Below, in pieces: positions 1 through 8,406 of a DNA stretch of 64,000 nucleotides. Both the position numbers and the translations under genes were made by a program. The notes beneath the pieces are model-generated. The model was given only the letters and a program-made list of their open reading frames with translations. It was not told where the DNA came from and searched no databases. The DNA comes from an uncultured Candidatus Saccharibacteria bacterium (GTDB lineage Bacteria > Patescibacteriota > Saccharimonadia > Saccharimonadales > Saccharimonadaceae). The stretch spans positions 8,140 to 72,139 of the forward strand of contig CAZOOW010000005.1 in NCBI GenBank assembly GCA_964581535.1, read 5' to 3'. Position 1 is the first letter of the stretch. Each line of letters starts with the position of its first letter.

Positions 1-1
1 C

Positions 2-586
2 AAGCTTGGCAAAGACGATGGAACTTCCGTACCGCTCACTACTCCAATAGTTGCCGGTATGAGCGTGTCGGTTTGGCGCAACGGCGTACAAACACTCACT
101 CAGGATGAGGAGATACCGATGCCAGTTGAACAAGTCAAAGATCAGGATCGAGAAGTCGGTTACAAACAAGTCCGTACTCCTGGGAAGCCGGGTAAAAAGA
201 CAGTGACGTATAAGATTAATATGCAAAATGGCAAAGAGGTCAGTCGCGAGAAGATTACAGAAGTTGAAATCCTTCCTCCGGTCAAACAGGTAGAAGTTCT
301 GGGCGCGAAGTTTAGCAACACGTTCAGCGGTAGCTTCGCCGAGGCGCTTGCACGCCTCCGACAATGTGAAGCAGGCGGGATATATGACCGTAATAGTGGC
401 AACGGCTACTACGGCGCTTATCAGTACGATATTTCAACATGGGGTGGCTACCAAGGCTTTGCCAGAGCCGATCTCGCTCCACCTCCAGTACAAGACCAAA
501 AGGTCTGGGAAACCTATCAACGTCGTGGCTGGCAGCCATGGCCGTCATGCAAGATAAAGATGGGGCTACAGGATATTTACAGGTAA
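2..586 (+). CDS. Rpf-type peptidoglycan transglycosylase with G5 domain (RpfB/YabE-like), 5' end outside window
   Basis: Frame is open from the window edge to TAA 584-586. A G5-like stretch is followed by the Rpf catalytic motif CEAGG..NGYYGAYQYDISTW..WQPWPSC. Confidence 0.75.
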   Translation, partial: KLGKDDGTSVPLTTPIVAGMSVSVWRNGVQTLTQDEEIPMPVEQVKDQDREVGYKQVRTPGKPGKKTVTYKINMQNGKEVSREKITEVEILPPVKQVEVLGAKFSNTFSGSFAEALARLRQCEAGGIYDRNSGNGYYGAYQYDISTWGGYQGFARADLAPPPVQDQKVWETYQRRGWQPWPSCKIKMGLQDIYR

Positions 587-1359
587 TGCCAAAAAAAGAA
601 CTTGGACAACACTGGCTTCGTGATCGCCTCATCCTCGAGGCGATTGTTGATTGCGCCGATATCACCTCGAGCGATACGGTTGTTGAGATTGGTCCAGGAC
701 TCGGAACTCTCACGAGCGTTTTACTTGGAAGGGCAGAACGAGTAATTGCTGTTGAATACGATGAAAAATTAGCAGGAAAGCTTTCCGGACAGTTTCCTGG
801 AAAAGATCTCACGGTTATCCACCATGATATTCTTACCCTAGAAACAAGCAAATTTCCTCACGTGTACAAAATTGTAGCAAATATTCCATACTATATTACG
901 GCTAAAATAGTGCACAAATTTACCACGTGTACGAATATGCCTGAAACAATCGTACTGCTCGTGCAAAAGGAAGTGGCTGAACGGATTGCTGCTGGTCCCG
1001 GAGAGATGAGTGTTTTGTCTGTCGCGGCGCAAATCGGCTATGAGGTTTCACTAGGTCCGGTTGTCGGAGCTGAATGGTTCTCGCCGCCGCCCAAAGTCGA
1101 CAGCCAAGTTGTTGTCATGAAAAAGCGTGATACGCCACTGGTTGAGCGGGCTCGGCAAAAGGCTTTTTTTCGCCTTGTAAAAGCAGGTTTCGGCGAAAGA
1201 CGCAAAAAACTACGCAGTTCGTTGGCGGGCGGTCTGGGTATGGAAAAAAATAGAGTAGATCAGCTACTTGTCAAAGCCAATATCGATTCTGAGGCTCGGG
1301 CGCAAGAACTATCGATTGCCGAGTGGCTGCGGCTTCTAGGAGCATACGATGAAGTATAA
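586..1359 (+). CDS. rsmA: 16S rRNA (adenine1518/1519-N6)-dimethyltransferase
   Basis: KsgA/Dim1 family with SAM motif VVEIGPGLGTLT. ATG 586 overlaps the upstream stop (TAATG). The ORF-track start at 439 overlaps the rpf gene and was not used. Confidence 0.9.
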   Translation: MPKKELGQHWLRDRLILEAIVDCADITSSDTVVEIGPGLGTLTSVLLGRAERVIAVEYDEKLAGKLSGQFPGKDLTVIHHDILTLETSKFPHVYKIVANIPYYITAKIVHKFTTCTNMPETIVLLVQKEVAERIAAGPGEMSVLSVAAQIGYEVSLGPVVGAEWFSPPPKVDSQVVVMKKRDTPLVERARQKAFFRLVKAGFGERRKKLRSSLAGGLGMEKNRVDQLLVKANIDSEARAQELSIAEWLRLLGAYDEV

Positions 1360-2098
1360 ACCGGTGCGAGATTTTCAACGCAATGTAACAATTTATTTTA
1401 CGGATGTTTCGGACGGGAGTGTGTCGGCTGGAGCGGGAAGCCCTCCATCGCAGCAGCATATCGAAAATGCTATGTTGTTCTTTGAAAAACACAGCCTACT
1501 ATATGAAAAACGGACCAGTTTTTATGGTACCTACGGCCCAGAGCATAGCTATACTGACATAGTTAGGGCAGATGAAAGCCTCCAAGGAAAACGTTTTACG
1601 GCTGATGCGGTCTTTACGACGAATATCAACCAACCAATCACACTTACTGTGGCGGATTGCGTCGCGACGGTAATATATGACCCTATCACGAACATGCTAG
1701 GAGTCCTGCATCTCGGAAGGCATGCCTCTGTCGCTGGTCTGATAGAAGATTTCGTGATACGAGTCGCAGACGAGCTGGGTAGTGACCCCCGAAACTGGCA
1801 TGTCTGGATGAGTCCCAGTATTCAAAAAGATTCAAATATCATGGAGTATTTTGACCCTCCTCGCACAGAAGAATGGACGGATTGGCAGTATCGCGACAGT
1901 AATGATCAGCTGCACGTCGATATACCAGGTCATAACCAGGCTCGTTTCGAGCGGGCTGGCGTCAAGCGGGAAAATATCTACGTCAGCCCTGTCGATACGT
2001 ATACTGAGGAGCAATATTACTCGCATCGTGCTGCAACCGAACTGAACCGCCCCGATCGTCAAGGACGGATGATGGTCGTTGCGCTCATGACTGAATAG
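1349..2098 (+). CDS. pgeF: YfiH/PgeF-family (DUF152) peptidoglycan editing factor / laccase-domain protein
   Basis: Motifs ADAVFT, TVADCV, GVLHLGRH and a C-terminal YYSHR..GRM match the YfiH pattern (ADC, HxGxR, SYRR..GR). Confidence 0.7.
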   Translation: MKYKPVRDFQRNVTIYFTDVSDGSVSAGAGSPPSQQHIENAMLFFEKHSLLYEKRTSFYGTYGPEHSYTDIVRADESLQGKRFTADAVFTTNINQPITLTVADCVATVIYDPITNMLGVLHLGRHASVAGLIEDFVIRVADELGSDPRNWHVWMSPSIQKDSNIMEYFDPPRTEEWTDWQYRDSNDQLHVDIPGHNQARFERAGVKRENIYVSPVDTYTEEQYYSHRAATELNRPDRQGRMMVVALMTE

Positions 2099-2122
2099 TC
2101 TACCTCTGATATACTTAAGCGG

Positions 2123-3604
2123 ATGAGTAAACAAAACCTCTACGTTACAACTGCTATTCCGTATGTCAACGCCAAACCTCATATTGGCAATGCTATGGAT
2201 TATCTCCTGGCGGATATTTGGGCACGCTACCAGAAACGACAGGGTAAAACGGTTCGATTTCAAGTGGGAACGGACGAGCACGGTAATAAAATTGCCGCGA
2301 AAGCCCAGGAAGCCAACCTATCTCCCAAAGAGTACGTTGATAGTATGTTCGGTAACTTCAAAGCGCTTATGGGTGCGGTTGGTGCCGACTATACCGATTT
2401 TGTTCGTACAACAGACATTCACCACGAAGCGGCCGTACAGTTTATCTGGGAGCGTATCCGTCCATATACTTACAAAAGTTCGTATGAAGGCTGGTACTGT
2501 ACCGGTTGCGAGGCATTTTACACGGATAAAGAGGCATCGGACAACAACGGCGTATGCCCTAACCATCAAAAACCATTCGAACGCATCGCCGAAGAAAACT
2601 ATTTTTTGAAACTTAGTGAATTCGCACCCAAAATCCGCGAAGCGCTCGATACTCGTAAATTCGATATCGTTCCCGAGTTTAGGAAAAAAGAGTTCATTGC
2701 GCTCCTCGACAGCGGTCTCCGTGACGTCAGCATATCGCGCCCCAAAAAGACCCTCAGCTGGGGAGTACCCGTGCCTTTTGATCCTGAGCAGGTAACGTAT
2801 GTTTGGCTGGACGCGCTGTCGAATTATATTACGGTACTTGGCTTCCCCGACAACGCCGAATGGCAGGAGTTTTGGCCCGCGGACGTTCAGGTTATCGGTA
2901 AAGATATCATGCGGTTCCACGCGGCCATCTGGCCGGCAATGCTCATGGCGCTCGATTTGCCATTGCCGAAGAAACTTCTCGTGCATGGTTTTGTAAATGT
3001 CGGCGGCTCAAAAATGAGCAAGACAGTCGGCAATGTAGTTGATCCGATGGAAATCATCAGCGGCTACGGTGTTGATGCGTTCCGTTACTATTTCTCCCGA
3101 CATATCCCAACACTTGATGACGGTGACTTTACGTGGGAAAAGTTTGAAACCGCCTACAATAATGAGCTGGCCAACGAACTAGGGAACCTTGTTTCGCGCG
3201 TTGCAAAAATGGTGCTGAACTATCAGGCGGGTGTAGTTGGTGATGCTATAAAGGCTGAACACGATGCGCAGGCGTATCATGATGCAATGGCAGGTTTCGA
3301 GTTCAACAAAGCGATGGACGCTACCTGGCAGATGGTGCGCACTCTGAACCAGTACATTGAAACTGTTAAGCCCTGGGAAGTTGCTAAAAAGCTTCAAACG
3401 GACGCAGATGCCGAGGGGCATTTAGCAGAAATACTAGGCTATTGCGTCGGCTCTCTCGAGCAGATTGCCCAGCTGCTCTGGCCATTTCTGCCCACGACTT
3501 CGGAAATTATCACGAAAACATTTGAAGGTGGTGTCGTTCGTGATACTGGAGGTATCATGTTCCCCAAGCTCTATAACCACACTGCACAGAAATCTGCATC
3601 TTAA
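2123..3604 (+). CDS. metG: methionine--tRNA ligase (short form)
   Basis: Class I motifs PYVNAKPHIGNA (HIGH) and KMSKTVGN (KMSKS), plus Zn knuckle CTGCE..CPNH. Confidence 0.95.
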   Translation: MSKQNLYVTTAIPYVNAKPHIGNAMDYLLADIWARYQKRQGKTVRFQVGTDEHGNKIAAKAQEANLSPKEYVDSMFGNFKALMGAVGADYTDFVRTTDIHHEAAVQFIWERIRPYTYKSSYEGWYCTGCEAFYTDKEASDNNGVCPNHQKPFERIAEENYFLKLSEFAPKIREALDTRKFDIVPEFRKKEFIALLDSGLRDVSISRPKKTLSWGVPVPFDPEQVTYVWLDALSNYITVLGFPDNAEWQEFWPADVQVIGKDIMRFHAAIWPAMLMALDLPLPKKLLVHGFVNVGGSKMSKTVGNVVDPMEIISGYGVDAFRYYFSRHIPTLDDGDFTWEKFETAYNNELANELGNLVSRVAKMVLNYQAGVVGDAIKAEHDAQAYHDAMAGFEFNKAMDATWQMVRTLNQYIETVKPWEVAKKLQTDADAEGHLAEILGYCVGSLEQIAQLLWPFLPTTSEIITKTFEGGVVRDTGGIMFPKLYNHTAQKSAS

Positions 3605-3608
3605 GACC

Positions 3609-4430
3609 ATGACCTTCACTGATACCCATTGCCATATTCATGAATCTAGTTACAAGCAAGCTCAGCTCGCTTGGCGAAGAGCGACTGATGCAGGCGTCAA
3701 CCGGCTTATTTGCGTCGGAACTGATGAGACCACGAGTGCCGAGGCGGTTAAATTCGTTCGAAAACGGGAAAATACTTGGGCGACGGTAGGGCTACATCCT
3801 CATGATGCGACCAACGGAGCTTCGGCGATAGACAATCTTCGGGTACTATTAGAAAAGGATAAAGCAGATAAAATTAGCAAAAACGTACACGTAGGGAAAA
3901 TTGTTGCCATAGGTGAGTGCGGGCTGGATTATTTTTATAACAACAGTCCACGTGAGCAACAGATTGCTATGTTTGAGCCCCAACTGCAACTTGCACTCGA
4001 CTACGATTTGCCGGTTAGTTTTCATGTCCGAGATGCCAAGATCACAGAAAGTGGCAGCGTATGGGATGATTTTTGGCCGATTTTTGATAGTTTTAAAGGC
4101 CTCAGGGGCGTATTACACAGCTTTACAGACAATATGTCAAATATGGGGAAGGGTCTCGCCAGAGGGCTTTATATAGGCGTAAACGGGATATCCACGTTTA
4201 CAAAAGACGAAAGCCAGGTGGAAATGTTCCGCGCTATCCCTGTTGATAGGCTACTTTTTGAAACGGATGCGCCTTTCTTGACACCTCATCCTCATCGTGG
4301 TAAAGTCAACGAGCCAGCATTCATAACGCATGTAGCGCAACACGTAGCGAATCTCCGGTCCATCAGTCTTGAGGAGCTCTCGCGCGCTACAGAGCGGAAC
4401 GCGACACATCTCTTTTTCAAAAACACATAG
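3609..4430 (+). CDS. tatD: TatD-family metal-dependent DNase/hydrolase
   Basis: N-terminal DTHCHI, GECGLDY, FHVRDA and FETDAPFLTPHPHRGK. ATG 3609 lies just after the metG stop. Confidence 0.9.
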   Translation: MTFTDTHCHIHESSYKQAQLAWRRATDAGVNRLICVGTDETTSAEAVKFVRKRENTWATVGLHPHDATNGASAIDNLRVLLEKDKADKISKNVHVGKIVAIGECGLDYFYNNSPREQQIAMFEPQLQLALDYDLPVSFHVRDAKITESGSVWDDFWPIFDSFKGLRGVLHSFTDNMSNMGKGLARGLYIGVNGISTFTKDESQVEMFRAIPVDRLLFETDAPFLTPHPHRGKVNEPAFITHVAQHVANLRSISLEELSRATERNATHLFFKNT

Positions 4431-4465
4431 CGCAAACCGCAAAAATTTATAAATTTCAATGAGGG

Positions 4466-4855
4466 TTGAAAGGTTATTTGCCTATGCCGCTGGAAACTCC
4501 AGTAACGCCTGTCAACGGACAGGAATCCCAAGACATGACAAATGTAATAGACGCACGGCGGGTGCAGCCGGGTGAGTATTTTCACCATATCCGTGAAGGT
4601 TTTCGCACCGAAGCCGAAATAGCTCGAGAACTTGATGGAGTTATAGAGCTATACGGGGAGGACGCTCATGCGCCGTCGTATTTAGATAGGGACGCCCAAC
4701 CTAAAGAGACAATACGAGCGGAGTTGGGGGGGTTATCTACATCTGAGAGGCTAAAAGTTGCCTACGACTATAGAACCGATCTTGAGCATATTGGTCGTTC
4801 GCAGGACTTAGGCCGCGCTATCAGGCTCTTGAGGACGTTAGAGAGAGCTGCCTGA
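4466..4855 (+). CDS. hypothetical protein
   Basis: ORF only. The ORF-track start is TTG 4466; ATG 4484 is an alternative start. No recognisable motif. Confidence 0.45.
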   Translation: MKGYLPMPLETPVTPVNGQESQDMTNVIDARRVQPGEYFHHIREGFRTEAEIARELDGVIELYGEDAHAPSYLDRDAQPKETIRAELGGLSTSERLKVAYDYRTDLEHIGRSQDLGRAIRLLRTLERAA

Positions 4856-4872
4856 GCTATAAGGACATAGAA

Positions 4873-5292
4873 ATGTCAGATTTGCTTGCTAGTTTCAAAA
4901 ATCTCCTCATCGGAGACAACGGCCGTGCGCGAACGCGGCTTAAAAAACTGTCTGAACGACAGCTTATTGAGCTTGAGTCACAGATAGGCGGGCAGTTGTT
5001 CGGACCGGTTCCTGCTGGACATCGGCGGGAGTTCTTCTGTTTAGATGAAAAAACGTGGGTGTGGCACGAGGAGTGGACGGATGAAAAAGGCCAAAAACAG
5101 ATGACGAGCACGCGCTATGAAGTTCATGAAAAGGGTATCTTGAAGGCCCAAAACGCCAAAGTATACAAGTTCCTCGAAGGTGAGGAGCTAAAAAATCTCG
5201 TACTCGCCATGGAACTCTACTACGAGGCAGTGGCGAGGGGCGTCTACCGACGTGACCCGCGAACCGGACAAAAACTGACTGATGAGAGCTAA
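4873..5292 (+). CDS. hypothetical protein
   Basis: 139-aa ORF in a coding-dense context. No recognisable motif. Confidence 0.5.
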   Translation: MSDLLASFKNLLIGDNGRARTRLKKLSERQLIELESQIGGQLFGPVPAGHRREFFCLDEKTWVWHEEWTDEKGQKQMTSTRYEVHEKGILKAQNAKVYKFLEGEELKNLVLAMELYYEAVARGVYRRDPRTGQKLTDES

Positions 5293-5330
5293 GGCGACGA
5301 CTGCGCCACTAGTGTTATAATAAAAAGCCT

Positions 5331-6482
5331 ATGAGCCGGGAAATCTACCTCGACTATGCCGCTGCTACCCCGCTGGACAAGCGGGTGTTTTTGGCTATGG
5401 AGCCCTACCTGAGCGCGCATTTCTATAATCCCTCAAGCTCTTATAGTCCCGCCCGAGAGGTAAAAAGGGACTATGACGCGGCAAAACATTCCATAGCCCA
5501 GCTGATAGGTGCGAAGCGTGACGAGCTCATCATGACGGCCGGTGCGACAGAGTCGATAAACCTGGCATTTCACGGCGTATTGCAACCGGATGATAATGTT
5601 GTCATTGGTGCGATTGAACATCCGTCCGTTTATGCGGTAGCGGCAGGCTATCAGTTCTCCCTCGCCAAAAGTACGACGAAGGGTGTCATAACTCCCGAGG
5701 CCGTAAGTGCGGCGGTTAAAGATACGACGAAACTGGTGAGTATTACGGCCGCGGATAGCGAAATAGGTGTCGTCCAGTCGCTCGGTGATATTGCGAGGGA
5801 GCTCGAAAAAATTCGTGATAGCCGAAGGCGGCGTGGCATCAATACACCACTTTATTTCCATACTGACGCATCACAAGCAGTTGGAATGATCGACCTGCAT
5901 GTAGCTCGACTCGGCGTCGATATGCTGACGCTCAATGCAGCAAAATGCTACGGACCAAAACAAGTAGGTCTGTTGTGGGTTTCCTCACGCGTCAAGATTC
6001 AACCGAGCTTTCGTGGCGGTGGGCAGGAGCGGGGGCTGCGGTCTGGAACAGAAAACGTTGCGGGAGTGATTGGGTTTTCAGTGGCTATGCGACTGGCAGT
6101 TGAAAAACGGCACACTAACGTTAAAAAGCTCCGCGAGCTACGCTTGCGGCTCCAAAATGGACTGACAAAATCATTGCCAGACATGGTTATTAACGGGCAT
6201 TCGAAAAAACATCTGCCAGGAATAATTAACATAAGTCATCCGAGCGTTGATGGTGAGCGCGTTGTTATGCATCTGGATATGAAAGGGTTGTACTGCTCGA
6301 CCGGAGCAGCTTGTGCAGCGAACAAAGGAACCCGCTCCAAGGCCCTGGAAGCTATCGGACTTAGTCCCGAACTTGCGGATGGTAGCCTACGCCTTAGTTT
6401 GGGTAAATACACAACTGAAGAAGAAATCGATAGGGCAATTACCCTTATAACAGAGGCCGTTACAGCGGAGCGGGGGCTATGA
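5331..6482 (+). CDS. cysteine desulfurase (class V aminotransferase, NifS/IscS-like)
   Basis: IYLDYAAATP, HTDASQAVG, NAAKCYGPK (PLP lysine region), and catalytic loop STGAACAA. Confidence 0.9.
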   Translation: MSREIYLDYAAATPLDKRVFLAMEPYLSAHFYNPSSSYSPAREVKRDYDAAKHSIAQLIGAKRDELIMTAGATESINLAFHGVLQPDDNVVIGAIEHPSVYAVAAGYQFSLAKSTTKGVITPEAVSAAVKDTTKLVSITAADSEIGVVQSLGDIARELEKIRDSRRRRGINTPLYFHTDASQAVGMIDLHVARLGVDMLTLNAAKCYGPKQVGLLWVSSRVKIQPSFRGGGQERGLRSGTENVAGVIGFSVAMRLAVEKRHTNVKKLRELRLRLQNGLTKSLPDMVINGHSKKHLPGIINISHPSVDGERVVMHLDMKGLYCSTGAACAANKGTRSKALEAIGLSPELADGSLRLSLGKYTTEEEIDRAITLITEAVTAERGL

Positions 6483-7093
6483 AACAACTTCTTGTATCAA
6501 TCCTGCTATTGTTTTTGGCTGTTATGTTTTTAGTGCCCTGGTATTTGGGGCCAGATGATCTAAAGTCGTGCAAAACGCCCGAGCCTGCTGGTACCTGCGG
6601 GGCGGTCGATGCCATTATTGTCGTGAGCGGCGGTGATACAAACGCCCGAACGGATGAGGCGATAAAAATATACAACCAGGGCTGGTCTAATCTATTGATT
6701 GTTTCTGGAGCTGCAGCAGATAGTACTGGGCCTTCGAACGCCTCTATGATGGCAAAGCGTGCAGAAGCAGCCGGCGTACCGTATCATCGAATCATAACTG
6801 AAGAGTTCGCGCGTGATACTAAGGAAAATGCTGAAAATACCGCAAAATTTATCGAAGGGCTAGGGCTTAATAAGGTTATCATCGTAACCTCCGCCTATCA
6901 CCAGCGTAGAGCGACGCTGGAGTTTGGCTCGATTCTTGGACAGAACGTAACAGTTTTAAGTCATCCTGTGCAAAGTGATAAGCAGTGGAGTGGGCTATGG
7001 TGGTGGACGACGCCATCAGGTTGGTGGCTTGCGATCGGAGAGCTTTTGAAAATAATGGCATTTTATAGCGCTGAAGGTGTACGAAAGCTATGA
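6479..7093 (+). CDS. DUF218 (YdcF/ElyC-like) membrane-anchored protein
   Basis: N-terminal TM segment, IIVVSGGD and IIVTSAYHQRRA motifs. ATGA overlaps with both neighbouring genes. Confidence 0.75.
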   Translation: MKQLLVSILLLFLAVMFLVPWYLGPDDLKSCKTPEPAGTCGAVDAIIVVSGGDTNARTDEAIKIYNQGWSNLLIVSGAAADSTGPSNASMMAKRAEAAGVPYHRIITEEFARDTKENAENTAKFIEGLGLNKVIIVTSAYHQRRATLEFGSILGQNVTVLSHPVQSDKQWSGLWWWTTPSGWWLAIGELLKIMAFYSAEGVRKL

Positions 7094-8142
7094 GTCGGCG
7101 CGTGTATGTCGGTATGAGCGGCGGCGTAGACAGTTCACTATGCGCAGCACTACTTGTTGAGCAGGGATATGAGGTTGTCGGCGTGTATATGAAAAACTGG
7201 ACAGAGGATTTGCCCGGAATGCTCTGTCCTTGGGCTGAAGATTTGGCGGACGCGAAACGCGTCGCCGTCAAGCTAGGAATCCCCCTGAGAGTCTTCGATT
7301 TTCAAAAGGAGTACAAACGTTCTGTTGTCGACTACATGATTGCAGAATACGAAAAAGGTAGGACGCCAAACCCAGACATCATGTGCAATCAGGAGGTGAA
7401 ATTTAAACTGTTTCTAGATGCTGCTCTTCGGGACGGAGCAGATCTGATTGCTACCGGCCACTATGCAAGAACGAGCGATGGGAAACTTCTTATGGCGGCC
7501 GATACAGAAAAAGATCAGACGTATTTTCTTTATCGGATTACGAAACAAGCGCTGGAAAAAACTCTTTTTCCGCTAGGCGATTATAAAAAATCAGAAGTCA
7601 GAAAATTGGCAGCAGAGCGGGGGCTATCGACCGCTGAAAAACCTGACAGCCAAGGCATATGCTTCGTCGGGTCGGTCGGCATACGGGACTTTTTGGATAG
7701 CTATGTGCAAACAAGCCCGGGTAATATTATCGACAAAGACAGCGGGAAGATTATCGGCAGGCATGATGGCGCAATCTACTACACGCTTGGTCAGCGCCAT
7801 GGTTTGAGCGTGGGAGGTGGATTACCATACTACGTCGTCGGGAAAGATATGGGAAAGAATGAAGTGTATGTTAGCCGTAATCTTAATGACGAATCGATGT
7901 GGCGCGAAAAATTCTATCTTGACGAGATTCACTGGATCAGTGTGCCTCCGGAGGACGGTGAGCCCTTACGAGCACGACTTCGCCACCGTGGAAAACTATT
8001 ACCTGCGAAACTTAACGGCGACGAGCTCCTCCTAGAGGAGCCAGAGCGCGCTGCAACGCCCGGACAATCCGTCGTTCTCTATCGGGGGGGCGAAGTTCTT
8101 GGGGGCGGATTTATCGCTGACCCTGTTATAGTGAAGGCATAA
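7090..8142 (+). CDS. mnmA: tRNA 2-thiouridine(34) synthase
   Basis: PP-loop VGMSGGVDSS, NPDIMCN, DQTYFL, SQGICFVG. Confidence 0.92.
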   Translation: MSRRVYVGMSGGVDSSLCAALLVEQGYEVVGVYMKNWTEDLPGMLCPWAEDLADAKRVAVKLGIPLRVFDFQKEYKRSVVDYMIAEYEKGRTPNPDIMCNQEVKFKLFLDAALRDGADLIATGHYARTSDGKLLMAADTEKDQTYFLYRITKQALEKTLFPLGDYKKSEVRKLAAERGLSTAEKPDSQGICFVGSVGIRDFLDSYVQTSPGNIIDKDSGKIIGRHDGAIYYTLGQRHGLSVGGGLPYYVVGKDMGKNEVYVSRNLNDESMWREKFYLDEIHWISVPPEDGEPLRARLRHRGKLLPAKLNGDELLLEEPERAATPGQSVVLYRGGEVLGGGFIADPVIVKA

Positions 8143-8157
8143 GACTGGAGGTGAGTT

Positions 8158-8367
8158 ATGGCAAAGAAATCGAACAAACTGCAGGATATTAAAGACCAAA
8201 TAGATAAAACTGAGGCGCAAGCTGATGAGCTGCTTAAGCAAGCAGAAATGATAACGAAAATGATTCCTGGTGATGCGGATGACAAATTGCTGCAAAATAT
8301 TAAGAAGCAAGTTGATACAGTCACCGAAAAATACGACCAACTAAAGAAGAATCTACCCGGCAGCTAA
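8158..8367 (+). CDS. small coiled-coil hypothetical protein
   Basis: 69-aa Lys/Glu/Gln-rich ORF preceded by a strong SD (GGAGGTGAG) 4 nt upstream of the ATG. Confidence 0.5.
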   Translation: MAKKSNKLQDIKDQIDKTEAQADELLKQAEMITKMIPGDADDKLLQNIKKQVDTVTEKYDQLKKNLPGS

Positions 8368-8406
8368 ACAGCTATTTCCTGAGTATTTTGCTATACTATA
8401 CCACTG

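Noticed and set aside
439-585. N-terminal extension of rsmA, from the ORF-track start at 439.
   Set aside because: It overlaps the Rpf coding frame and translates to Ser/Arg-rich sequence. The conserved KsgA N-terminus begins at ATG 586 (MPKKELGQHWL).
3465-3608. N-terminal extension of tatD overlapping the metG 3' end.
   Set aside because: TatD proteins start at the ..DTHCH.. motif. ATG 3609 gives MTFTDTHCHI directly after the metG stop.
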